This document shows positions 1 through 11,924 of a DNA stretch of 64,000 nucleotides, piece by piece; positions within the stretch are counted from its first letter, which is position 1, and each line of letters begins with the position of its first letter. The notes beneath the pieces are model-generated. The model was given only the letters and a program-made list of their open reading frames with translations, had not been told where the DNA came from and did no database searches. The position numbers and the translations under genes were made by a program. This stretch comes from Eledone cirrhosa (taxonomy: Eukaryota), in NCBI GenBank assembly GCA_964016885.1, contig OZ024752.1, forward strand, positions 992,001 through 1,056,000, given 5' to 3'.

Positions 1-160
1 CGGACGCCGTGCTTTGACGCATAGAGTTACGGCCCTTGCCATTCTGAGTTCAAATTCCGCCGAGGTTAACTTTGTCTTTCATCCTTACGGGGACGATAAA
101 ATAAAGTACCAGTAATGCACTGGGTATTTGCTGTCCTTGTGCCAAAAGTAGAAACAATTA
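1..160 (+). mobile_element. tRNA-derived Deu/Nin-domain SINE (cut by window edge)
   Basis: B-box-like GAGTTCAAATTCC followed by TTTCATCCTTACGGGGACGATAAAATAAAGTACCAG; closely matches copies at 14017 and 55331. Confidence 0.85.
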
Positions 161-371
161 TTTGTTAAGGGATGAACGCCTGCACGATACCCGAGAAAAT
201 ATCGGCAATGTGTTGATTTATTCAACAATGAACCAACCATAGAATAGGCAGTGCTGGATTATATGTTATGAGTAGCGCTCATGGAATCTCTCTCTTTCTT
301 TCTCTGTCTCTCAAACACACATACACACACGCTGATATATATATATATATACACACACACGCTGATATATA

Positions 372-975
372 CGAGCGGTGCAAGATGTTTAAAGAAGGAC
401 GCGAGGACGTGGAAGATGACCTCAGGAGCGGAAGGCCCTCAACAACCAGGACTGAGGTCAACGTTGAGCGCGTCAGGCAGATGGTGCGTAGCGATCGTCG
501 GCTGACTGTTCGACTGATGGTAAATGAGCTGGGCATGGATCGGGACAGCGTCTGGAAGATTCTCACTGGAGATTTGGACATGCGGAAAGTCTGCGCGAAG
601 ATGGTGCCAAAACTGCTGAACGATGACCAGAATGGTCGACGCATGCAAATGTGCCAGGACATCCTCGAGCGTCTTGAAACCGAACCAGACTTGCTAGGGA
701 CAGTCATCACCGGTGATGAGTCATGGATCTTCGAGTACAACCCGGAGGGGACTCGTTTTGAAAACGTGGACGACTTCAAAAAGGCCGTGACGACGGAACT
801 GCAGAGGATCCCGGAAGAATCCTTCCAGGAGTGCATGCAAACGTGGCAGAAAAGGATGGAAAAGTGCATTAGACTCCGGGGGGATTACTTTGAAGGAGAA
901 AACTCTTAGTGTGAAGTTTAGGTTTGAAATAAATCTTTTGTGACGTCAGTCCTGGATCTTTTCTGACACACCTCG
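372..975 (+). mobile_element. Internally deleted mariner (IS630-Tc1-mariner) transposon
   Basis: ORF 268-909 has EDDLRSGRP, RKVCAKMVPK (WVP-like), ITGDESW (first catalytic D) and C-terminal KCIRLRGDYFEG; right TIR CAGTCCTGGATCTTTTCTGACACACCTCG at 947-975; TA at 370-371 and 976-977. Confidence 0.9.
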
Positions 976-977
976 TA

Positions 978-1260
978 TATACACACACACGCTGATATAT
1001 ACACACACACGCTAATATATATATACACACGATGATATATGTATATATACACACAAACTGATATATATACACACACACGCTGATATATATATACACACAC
1101 ACACACGCACACACACACGATGCTTCAAACACACACACGCTGATTTACACACACATACTCACATACACTAATTCCCCCTACAAATACCCCCCCCCCCCCA
1201 CACATGGTGATTCCCAGACACACATACTGATTCAGACACACGCTGATTCACACCCACGCA
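978..1260. repeat. Minisatellite (ACACACACGCTGATATAT)n, also present left of the mariner at ~322-370
   Basis: Unit repeats directly on both sides of the mariner insertion. Confidence 0.75.
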
Positions 1261-1451
1261 CACATACCCACACACATACAGTATAATTAAAGTCACTGAA
1301 GTAATAACGAATCAATACTGTGAGTAATGTTTTCTTATTTATTAAACAATAGAGATGAGAGCTACTTGAACGTTTAGTCGAAATCAGCTTTTCAGACTGT
1401 GGCAATATTACTAATATCAAAGATCTTATATGAAATCTAATAAGAAATATA

Positions 1452-1880
1452 ATGGTTTTTGAATTAGACACAAGGTCAACACATTTTGGGGGAGTGAGAG
1501 AAAGTCTATTTAATCGACTCCAGCGCATTACTGGTACTTTATTTCAGCGACTCCCTAAGGATGAAATACAAAGTTAACCTCGCTGGGATTTGAACTCAGA
1601 ACGTAAAGAGACGTAACTATATGCTGCAAATCACATTGTCCGACGCCCTACCGATATTGGCAACCCACTGCCCTTAAAATGGTTTTCGATTTAAGCACAT
1701 GGCCAACAATTTCGGTGGAGGGTAAAGGTCATTAAATTGAACCCAGTGCATTACTGGTACTTTATTTTCTCGCCCTGTAAGGATGGAAGACAACGCTAAC
1801 CTCGGCGGGATTTGAACTCATAACGTAACTATATGCCACAAAACATGTTCCACCCTGCACTAATACTGCCAACCCCCCAC
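1452..1880 (-). mobile_element. Two tandem Deu/Nin SINE copies
   Basis: Two successive CTGGTACTTTATTT...GGATG...GGGATTTGAACTCA blocks (reverse complement of the SINE). Confidence 0.8.
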
Positions 1881-1963
1881 GATTATAATAAGACATATAA
1901 TAAAAGGAGTATATAATAAGCACAGCAGCGATTTATATCTTGCAGCGTTTTTATATTGTAGAC

Positions 1964-2123
1964 CAGGCATGAAAAACATGCGGCCCGCACAAAGGTTTTA
2001 TCTTCGTAATATAAAATTTAAAAAATTAGTCGAAATGTGTGTAATTAGTTGTCATGTGTGGCTCTCAGACAACACATATGTGACCCATGTGGCCCTCGGG
2101 AGACCCTCAGTTTGACATGTCTG
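1964..2123. mobile_element. 160-bp hAT (Charlie-like) MITE
   Basis: TIRs CAGGCATGAAAAAC / GTTTGACATGTCTG; 8-bp TSD TTGTAGAC at 1956-1963 and 2124-2131; subterminal GCGGCCCGC/GTGGCCC motifs. Confidence 0.85.
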
Positions 2124-2229
2124 TTGTAGACAGTATGAGCCTGATTCCACGATAGAGAAACTAAAAAAAATTAATAGAAAATCCTATTGAGATAAGACAA
2201 GGTAAAAGGCAGAATCATTACTGCTGAAT

Positions 2230-2450
2230 ATGTTATGGCAGTAAATTGGCAGACTCATTAGCGACTTGGACAAAATACCTTACCGTATTCGTTTCTCTTG
2301 TTTACTCTCTGAGTTCGAATCGCATCGAGGTCAACTTTTCTTATATCTTTCCTGGGTCGATATGATAAATTACCAGTCAAATAATGGAGTCGATTTAATC
2401 GATTAATCCCTCACCATAAATTTCATGTTTTGTATATATCAGAACCGATT
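2230..2450 (+). mobile_element. Diverged Deu/Nin SINE
   Basis: GAGTTCGAATC...GAGGTCAACTTT...GGGTCGAT...TACCAGTCAA. Confidence 0.7.
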
Positions 2451-4590
2451 ATTTATTACTTAATATTTTCGAAGATGTAAAGTGTTGAGACCAAATCAAT
2501 ATATATCGTGATCAGGTGTATAAGTAACAGATAATTAAATTAAAAATAGAAACGAGTGAACCAATTAAAAGATTCCTATGAAGTTATTGAATAATTATAT
2601 ATATTAATAAATATTTTGTTACCGGGGAATAGATAAAAAACAGTCATATGATTGGAAACACAAACCAAAGAAAAAGGAAACATTTATATACAACATGATA
2701 CTTAGATTTCCTCTTATATACAGTTGTGCAAAATAGTATAAATCGTAAAACAATAATAAATATCAGTATATAAGTCAATTATAAATCCAAACCAATTATG
2801 TCATTGCAATTAAAACGAAATACACCCAGTAAAAACTGAAAAGAAACAAATAATCTTACTATTAACATTCGTTTAAATACTGTACTAATTAGATATCAAC
2901 ATAAAAAAACTAATTAATAGATTTGGAGTGAAAAGTACTTTAGTGTTCTATGAGAATTCACTTTATAATTATATAGAATATAACGAAAACTATATTATAA
3001 AGTTAAAATATATTTACTGTAAAGCATTTACTGGCAGTAGTTGGAGATTTTCGATTATCTATATTTAACATGTGAGGCTCTACTGTGTATCGATACACAC
3101 AAAGGGTCCGAAACGTTAAAACATATTCCTTGCCCTTTTAGTTCTCTGCAAATACACTCTTATTAAAGTATGTTGTTCTCTAGTGGTGTTCGTCTTGGGC
3201 CAGTCTTATTGCACAAATTATAAAAGGCTTCATATCTATTCGGGCTTTCCCAGTCAAAAATGGGCTGCCAGACAATGAAAATATTGTTAAACAAGGAGTC
3301 ATAATAAGGTGGAAAAGTAGAATATACTGTGTTGGCCTATTTTACTGACCATTCAAATAATTTTACACACACACACACACACACGTGTGTGTGTGTGTGT
3401 GTGTGTGATTTTCATTTGACAAAGAAAGATCCGTATTTGAGTAAATGAATATACTGGAAAATTATGTTTCGCTGAAAGAAAATTTAATGTATTTTCGTTT
3501 TAATTAATAACAGTATTGTTGAAGTAAACATGCAATCCCAAATCAATCTTCAACAAATGATTGAACCAACGAATAAACGAACCAGCCAAGCAGACGTTTG
3601 AATAGAGTAGGTCAATACTTTTAATAAGCAGTATATAACTTTGAATGTAATGTGCAGAAATATTTCTGGTCGATCACATGAAATTAAAAACAATCTAAAC
3701 AAAACATAAAACAACTTAAAAAAAAAAAAAAGAATCACCATTCAGTTTTAAACCTACACACGTGAGAAGTTACTTAATGTTTCTTCTTATTTTTCTTTGG
3801 TTAGATACGCGTTATTCAATGTTTGCGCCTGACCTAAATTTATTCAAAGAGTACTAATTTAGAAAATAACAAACTGTATCAATAGCATGAAGTTTACCAG
3901 GTCAAAGAAAGTAAAAAAAGCAAAACATAATTTTTTCTTTCTTTTGATTCCATTTATTAAATTCTCATTACATTTGTTGATCTGTACCTAACGCTATTTG
4001 CTCATCGAAAATTCAATTTATTGTGTTAACGGCAGAATGAAAGAGTGTATCAAGTTAACACGCTTGATCTATATTTCAAAATTTGTTAATTAACATCAGG
4101 GGTGCGAAATGACGTCGAAATACTATCTTGAAATTTATATTTCATTTTCAAAACTGAAGCTAAACTATAAAAACAAAAATGGAGATAATGAATTTAAACT
4201 TTGTTCAACTGAGTTTCAATAACTGCTTGCGTGTCCAAGTAAGGAGGCATGAGCATAATATGAACGTTCATTAGGTTTTCATTTTCTTATTTTACATTTT
4301 CATACGAACATCAATAGATTAATTAACCTTATCATAAATGATAACAAAAAAGAGAAAGTAAAGTTTCTCGAAACTTCCATTTGCAGTCTTATATCTCAAA
4401 TGGATTTTCAAAATTCAACATTGTTAGAATTTCAACTTGAAACTTAGATCATGCTGTATTTCTGTTTAAATTATACATATTTATACATATCTTGTCACAT
4501 AAGCTAAACATATGCTAAAGTTATAAACTTATAAAAGAAATAGTTCAACATATATCTCTCTCTCACACACGCACATATAAATATAGATAT

Positions 4591-4728
<138 letters not shown>

Positions 4729-4760
4729 GCTTCTATAGTTTCAATAGAATAAATATAAAG

Positions 4761-4955
4761 TCTTCTTTTTCGTCTTCGTCTTCACCCACTTATTCTTAAG
4801 AGATGTGTATGGGCAGGGTCCTCAAACATTCCTTCTAGCGGGTCCTGCCAGAAGAAACCGTTTCCAACTGATCCGGCTGGATCACCAAGCGAGACTAGCC
4901 GAGTTCATTGATGTTATCCAACCATCTTGGTTCTCCGGCCGGTTGGTTTTGCTGA
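4761..4955 (-). mobile_element. RTE-type LINE 3' end
   Basis: Reverse complement matches 15540-15735 (PRWLD...SRLGI..), with a (GAA/GAC)n tail. Confidence 0.75.
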
Positions 4956-5035
4956 CTTGTGTGGTGGGTGGTATGGATTTTTGGGAAGGCACCTAAGCAA
5001 TGGCAATCGGGAGTGATAGTCCCAATCTTCAATAG
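4956..5035 (+). pseudogene. LINE RT N-terminal fragment
   Basis: GKAPKQWQSGVIVPIFN resembles the conserved 'P..W..GVIVPIFKKG' motif just before non-LTR RT domains. Confidence 0.65.
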
Positions 5036-5540
5036 ATATGAGGTAAAATGTAAAATAAACTTCATACATAGGCACGAATGTACTAAATTGAGAGTAGGAA
5101 AATACTATATAATATTTTATCTCGTGTGCAACGGATTCTTCCATGAATAGGACAATAAAATTATTGGTAACAACTAACAATATTCTATATTATATGATAT
5201 CGACTCAATAATATCATTAAGGTGGTTTATAAGCTATTCGAACCATTGAACGTAGCTTCCTTTAATTATGTAGAAGATCTTACTGAAATGATTCTAGTAC
5301 TATCCATGTTCGATATTGCAATCTTAATATTGAATGAGATGCTGCTATTAAGAATACTTTTAAACTTGCTTCTGGCACCATAAACACAAGGAACATTTAA
5401 TCGGTGACTGTTTAAACAAAAATCTGTCAAAATTCCCAATCTGATGTTTGTACAGTGAACAATATAATATATATATGTATGAACTACACCAGAAATTGTG
5501 GAAGGGGACTACGAATCGATACACTAATATGGAGAACGTA

Positions 5541-5609
<69 letters not shown>

Positions 5610-6164
5610 GTATACGTTCTCTATATTAGTATATATATATATATATGGGATATTACACTACCGAACAGCCAGCCAGCGGCCCAATTTGATATCTGATAAG
5701 AAAAATCTGCGATCAATCTGTTAGATGCAGTTGTAAATATGACCAACCTTAAAGCGTTTTGGCACTATATCAAAGGACAAAGCAAAGAGAAATACAAACA
5801 AAATGTCCAAACTCAATATAATACAAAGCGAAAAGAAAAGAAAGATATGCGTATATATCTGAAAAATATTCATGCATCTAATTTATAATTAACGTGGGAA
5901 TTTCTTATGATTTAGTGTAAGATATTTGAAAACATGACATTATGAGAGGCGTGAGAAGATGAAAGTATACTGTGAATAACGTAAACAGTCACATCAACAC
6001 ACATACACATATACGTAGACATACGTTCGTACACATTGATATATATTTCAGAATATATATATATATATGTGTGAGTGTGCGTATGCGTGTTTGCATACAA
6101 AAATAAATAGATGGCACATAAGATTGAAATTAGAGCTTGCACATATATATAGAGAGAGAGATAA

Positions 6165-6358
6165 GTTATTCCGGGTTGAATCGGAGGTAACCACAGTAAG
6201 TAAGGTACTCAATACATAGCAGCGTATAAAAGTTTTAATATAGAAGAGCTTCTACAGGACTAGAACTGTTTCATTCGTGAGAAATCGTCAGGGAGCTCCC
6301 TGATGATTTCTCACGAATGAAACAGTACTAGTCCTGTCCCGTAGAAGCTCTTCTATAT
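6165..6358. mobile_element. Short PLE-pLTR-like element with head-to-head duplicated hammerhead (family A)
   Basis: Inverted repeat centred at 6295/6296; both arms read CTCC-CTGA(T/C)GA-TTTC TCAC GAAT-GAAA-CAG...CTGT-(A)-GAAG; degraded homolog at 57045-57165. Confidence 0.75.
6248..6295 (-). ncRNA. Minimal type I hammerhead ribozyme-like motif
   Basis: Minus strand: CTGACGA core, short stem II, GAAA, stem III ACAG/CTGT, triplet GTA, stem I CTCC/GAAG with one mismatch. Confidence 0.6.
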
Positions 6359-6361
6359 ATA

Positions 6362-6412
<51 letters not shown>

Positions 6413-6622
6413 AATAAAGAATAAAGATTCAGCGAGAATCGCATTTTCGGCGGGCAGGAAAAGCGAAGCGAAACGCAAAAATCAGAAATGATACTGGCAA
6501 AGTGCTCAATAGTTAAAAAACAGAATTAAACAATGTGTTTCAGAAGCCATACAAAACTGATAAGGTGGTCAAGAAAGCATTAACCACCCAAGCCAAAAAC
6601 CAAATCAAGCTAAACAGGTCAA

Positions 6623-6657
<35 letters not shown>

Positions 6658-7779
6658 GAAGGAGGAGCGTGACAGAAAGGGTGGGGGTGATGAGAGTGTA
6701 AAAATTCGAAAGTTAATTGGAACATTTCTTTACAGTCGCAGTAATTTAATAAATATATCTGTATATAAGCAGAGACACTAACACAGCGTTATTCATAATA
6801 GAGGAACTATATGTTTTAACTCTCCAACTACAGATAATTCTTTTTCACATTTTCTGACTTCACCTTCCAATACACCAGTCACATATGTTACACGTGGCAA
6901 TCTGGTATTATAATCCTTTCTTTCTCCAGGTTCCCTGTATTTTCCTCTATATTTTCTTTCCTTGCAGTTTCTTCTGCTCTTTTTCCGTTGATTAGATAAA
7001 GGATTTAGACCAAAAACGTTGATGATATTCCTATTCTGGTCTCTTCAAGTGATAAACAATTACCATTGCCAGTGTATTTTGTTAACACTGTTGTTTTACT
7101 TTTAATTGACTATGCAATTTAAACATACATACGCACATGCGTACATTATACTCTATTTTGGTATTGAGTATTTTTACTGCTTTATATTTCAGCATAGGAA
7201 ATGTCTGCAACTAGCTAGATAGTTAAGTACTTACCCATCGATCGATCGATCGACCGACCTATCTCGCTACCTACCTACAAATATATATATATATGCAAGT
7301 GAGTATGTGATTATATATATATATGTATATACATACACATTCGCTCATGCACACAAACATGTACATAGGTATATACGTAGTTGTGCGTGTGTGTGAGTGT
7401 TTACACACATACATCTTATCAATGGTACCATTTATTGAAGCTTATCTGTGTTTACATATTAAACATAAATTGTACGAATTGCCCACTTCAATAATGTTCC
7501 ATGCAAGAAATGAATATATGCAAGAAATAAAACCAATAACTTCGTAAATATTTCAAAAAGAATTACTATAAACGTGGTAACTACACACGTAATAGTATAA
7601 ATAAAGAAAGCGGATTTCAATCACAACTAATCTATTTTGTCAGTTTGGCTCATTGAAGCAGCGCTGTGTTGTGTGTATCTGTTCATGATCAAAGGTTACA
7701 AATAGTTGGATATGAATACATCGTTATTTATATAATAATATGCCTCTTTGCATATTGATGGTATACTCTTTCATATAAT

Positions 7780-7960
7780 TTGAATCAAGATTTCTTCCGA
7801 ATCTTCGTGTATATCCTAATGCTATGATATCATGTCAGCTCGGATAGTTTTCCGTTGATACGTCACTACTTAATTCAATATGTTGAAAAATAAATCTCAT
7901 TTAGTCACATTCCATGAGAATATCTTGGTCAGCCTATGAACTTTTCAGCAGACCCTCGTA
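7780..7960 (+). mobile_element. Decayed mariner 3' end with right TIR
   Basis: TATGTTGAAAAATAA (YVEK*) followed by CAGCCTATGAACTTTTCAGCAGACCCTCG-TA. Confidence 0.65.
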
Positions 7961-8039
7961 CAATATATTAGACTTATATGAGAGAGATTGATTCTAGGTG
8001 TTGACCGTGTCTTGTCTCCTTCAACAAACACTAACGTCT

Positions 8040-8455
8040 TAAAAAATCAGCAACAAAAACAGCGATAAATATAATAGATACTGTTCCAAAGAAGAGAGGG
8101 TAGGGGTGAAGGGAGAGGGTGATTGGGCTTTGGGCCTAGGGCAAGGGGGCAGAAGTGCTGCGCCGTGCTGACAAGACGGCAAGAGCATTCCCACAGACGA
8201 TGGCCAGTGACACCCACTGCAACAACCATCCAACCTCGCAGGGCTCCCTCCTTAAACAGGCCGCCGACGCTCCGATCTTGTGGAGGAGCTCGGCAGTACG
8301 GGGTCCAAGTAGGTCTGAGGTCTCGCAGGCGACCGGTGCGACGAGGAAGCGGCCTATATTTGTTTATTTTACGATGCTGGGGTTTGTGGCCGAAGCGACT
8401 AAGTTGGAGGCGGAGAACATGTTGCACCAGGTCGCCTCCCAGATATAGACTATGT
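8040..8455 (-). pseudogene. CRE-like non-LTR retrotransposon C-terminal restriction-like endonuclease region plus 3' UTR
   Basis: Manual translation in a frame missed by the ORF track: IWEATWCNMFSASNLVASATNP...(RKINKY in the adjacent frame)...FLVAPVACETSDLLGPRTAELLHKIG...REPCEVGWLLQWVSLAIVCGNALAVL, matching the WD.T...K..KY...F.P.A.ET.G..G...L.Q..SLA..RGNA pattern. Confidence 0.75.
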
Positions 8456-8679
8456 CTGAAAAATAAAAAAAGAATATAGAAGCCATGTGGACTGCTGGAA
8501 TGTCTTTGATCATAAGACTCCTGGGTCATGGTTGATTGCGACTTCAACAACAAAAACTAAATGATATAGTTACATTATCACTTGTCATTGCTATTGTCAC
8601 CGAAAATGTTTTTTTGTATCTCCATCTATTAAGGAGAATTTATAATTGTCTTGGTGTATTTACTGGTAGGTTAGTCGTT

Positions 8680-8682
<3 letters not shown>

Positions 8683-8778
<96 letters not shown>

Positions 8779-8781
8779 CAC

Positions 8782-8850
<69 letters not shown>

Positions 8851-8865
8851 CACATATATATACAT

Positions 8866-8899
<34 letters not shown>

Positions 8900-8900
8900 G
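8683..8900. repeat. (AT)n/(AC)n compound microsatellite
   Basis: Direct inspection. Confidence 0.9.
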
Positions 8901-9558
8901 ATGTAATGTATGCATGTATATATATATGATGTATCTGTATATGTATGTATGTAAGTATGTGTATATGTATGTATCTATCTATCTATCTATCTACATATAT
9001 ATATGTGTGTGTGTGTTTGTATTTATATGTATGCAAATCAATGAAAAAAACAAGCAAGTGGACAAGAATGCTTGCCTGTACACTTGAATAGGCACAACAG
9101 ACTTTTCTGCATACATATATACATATATACATATATACATATATACATATATACATATATACATATATACATATATACATATATATATTGACAAAAGCTA
9201 ATGGTAATACCGAAGAAAACATGTACACACAAGACTCATATAGATAGAAATGAAAGCAAATGGGTATGAGCGTGTAAGCCCACTTTTAAGTTAGTCGCTC
9301 ACGCATGCTTTCATGTACATAAAATATGCGCAGGTATTTACATAAAAGTAGGTTTTATGTCTATCTGTCTGTCTGTCAGCCTGTATGTATGTATGTATGC
9401 ATCTATATGTACTTATACACATATGTACTTATACTCACACACATACACACATATATATATGTCCCAAAACATCTATACACACCTTTATTAGACTGCTGTC
9501 GAAGTGTGTATACATGTTTTTTGGGACACCCTGATATATATTATATAAATAAATAAAT

Positions 9559-9639
<81 letters not shown>

Positions 9640-10565
9640 TGTGTGGGTGGGTGGGTGTATATTCTAGTGTAATCAACATAGTAAGGTAATAATAATCAGT
9701 AAATATTTAATCGTTTTGAAAATAAATTACATAAGGCTGGTTGCAATGTCAAACTACCGGCTCAGCAAATGGATATTTGCCAAAAGAATCGAGGCCATAA
9801 TGTCTTTAATATGGACAAAATTTAGCTTAAAGATTGACAATCAAGTATTTTATTATGTTAATTTAGTACCTAATACCGGTTCAAACGACATACCGAAATA
9901 TACGAAATCTGTTATTACGTTTATTGAGTTGAAAGTTGGCAAGTTTGACCTGCCGCCTGTCTTACATTTGGCTCGATTCCAACTTTCTGAAAGGCTTATT
10001 TTACCAATATCATTCAAATATTCTTTGCCTTCTTTGATATCATCCTAAAATGAACGAAATGTCCTCCCCGCACCGTTCGTCAATACCCAACGTTCATTAA
10101 TGCCCCCGAACCTTCTACGTCTCTTAATTTAAACTTTTCCATTAAATCTGAAGTACATTGCATCGAAGACATTTCACAAAGCACTTAGATATATAAATTA
10201 ATGATATATGGCATACGGCGAGATCATGTATGTCTTTGTGTGTGCCAAATAACATATTAGACGTGTTCTATTAGCAGTGTACAGCAACCATATGTCGTTA
10301 TCTAGGAATCTTTACAAAGCGTTTTAATAAGTCTATGTTTGCATGTCCACATCTGCCTATTTAATGTAAGTCACGCATAGTTTACACATAAAAACGCCCT
10401 TAAATGCGAGATTTCATTGAAAAACATATATTCAAAGATGTTAACACATGCATCCACAGCGCTAAGTATCTATCTATCTGTCTATCTATTCATCTATCCA
10501 TCTGTCTGTATATCCATTTACATACCTCACCATGTACCTACCTACCTATCTACCGACACATCTAA

Positions 10566-10607
<42 letters not shown>

Positions 10608-11220
10608 CTGTCAGCCTCTGTGTCTTAACCTTTATACTATTCTATATATCTCCTATATATATATACATGTGTATATATATATATATATAGGATATATATA
10701 TATATATATATATATATTCATATAATATATGTGTGTGTAAATATATATATATATATTCATATAATGTATGTGTGTGTAAATAAATATATACATGTATGTG
10801 AGTATAAATAAATGTATATATATAAATATATATACACAGGTGGGTCTATATATATGTATGTATATCTATACTTGTGTGTGCGTGCGTGTACACTAAATTT
10901 TCCGGGAAAACCATACAACGGAAATATAATGTCACAAATACCACCCAAAGTGTTGTCATAAATGATAGATCGCATAGTTAAAAATAATTCTTCTCCACAA
11001 TTTGTAACGTGCATTGGATTGGCAGAATTGCAAGAACGTATGACACAATGCTTTACACTATTTCAATCTGGATCTGTACTTTCTGTGTTCGAACTGATCC
11101 GAGAACCCCCATATGGCCATTAGCGCTAATGTCTATATATTCCTCCGTTGTTGGGGTTCATAAGAGACTATTTTCTGTTGTCAATATACGGTGGTATCCT
11201 TTAATTCTATTAATACAAAA

Positions 11221-11286
<66 letters not shown>

Positions 11287-11567
11287 AAGGCGGTTTTGTA
11301 GTATTCGTTCCGATTTCTTTAGCTTTGAGTTCAAATCCTGCCAAGGTCAAATTTGTCTTTTATCCTTTCGAGGACAACAAAAAACTACCAGTTCAGCACT
11401 GGAGTCGATTCTTCCTCTACATCTCTCTCTCTCTTTCTCTCTCACACACACTTCCGCTCTCTCTCCCCTTTTCTAGAGATAGGTGGACTCATGAGGTTTA
11501 TATATATATACATATATACATTAATAAAAACAATGAATAAAAGTAGTTCCTTATATTAAAATTTCTC

Positions 11568-11691
11568 CTTTTACGATCGTTTCTAGGATATATATGTGTT
11601 TGTTGGTATGTATATCATATAGATCTATGTAAAAATGTTACAAACTATGAGGGGAAATATACATACCTACACATATATATGCTGTCTTCAG

Positions 11692-11695
<4 letters not shown>
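11568..11695 (-). ncRNA. Hammerhead-like motif with ~100-nt stem II (family B, copy 1)
   Basis: Minus strand: TT-CTGAAGA-cagcatatatatgtgt..ggtatgtatat..loop..atatacatacc..acacatatatatccta-GAAAC-GATC-GTA-AA. Confidence 0.6.
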
Positions 11696-11745
<50 letters not shown>

Positions 11746-11869
11746 TTTGAGTATATGATTCCAGTTCCTCAGTGAAATAAAAACCCAACCAGGAACTGGG
11801 CATATCAGAGTACTGACAAAGTTAAACACCTCAACAACATGTGTTCTCGTCTCTACCACACTAATTCGG

Positions 11870-11924
11870 ACTGCCTGAAGAGGTGACAGCCAAAGATGGC
11901 TGTCACCGAAATATATATACCAGT
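11870..11924 (+). ncRNA. Minimal type I hammerhead ribozyme (family C)
   Basis: ACTGC-CTGAAGA-GGTGACAGCCA(AAGA)TGGCTGTCACC-GAAA-T(ATAT)A-T-A-CCAGT; perfect 11-bp stem II, palindromic loop III, C-C mismatch at base of stem I. Confidence 0.75.

Noticed and set aside
3364-3408. (CA)n(TG)n hairpin
   Set aside because: Common juxtaposition of complementary microsatellites
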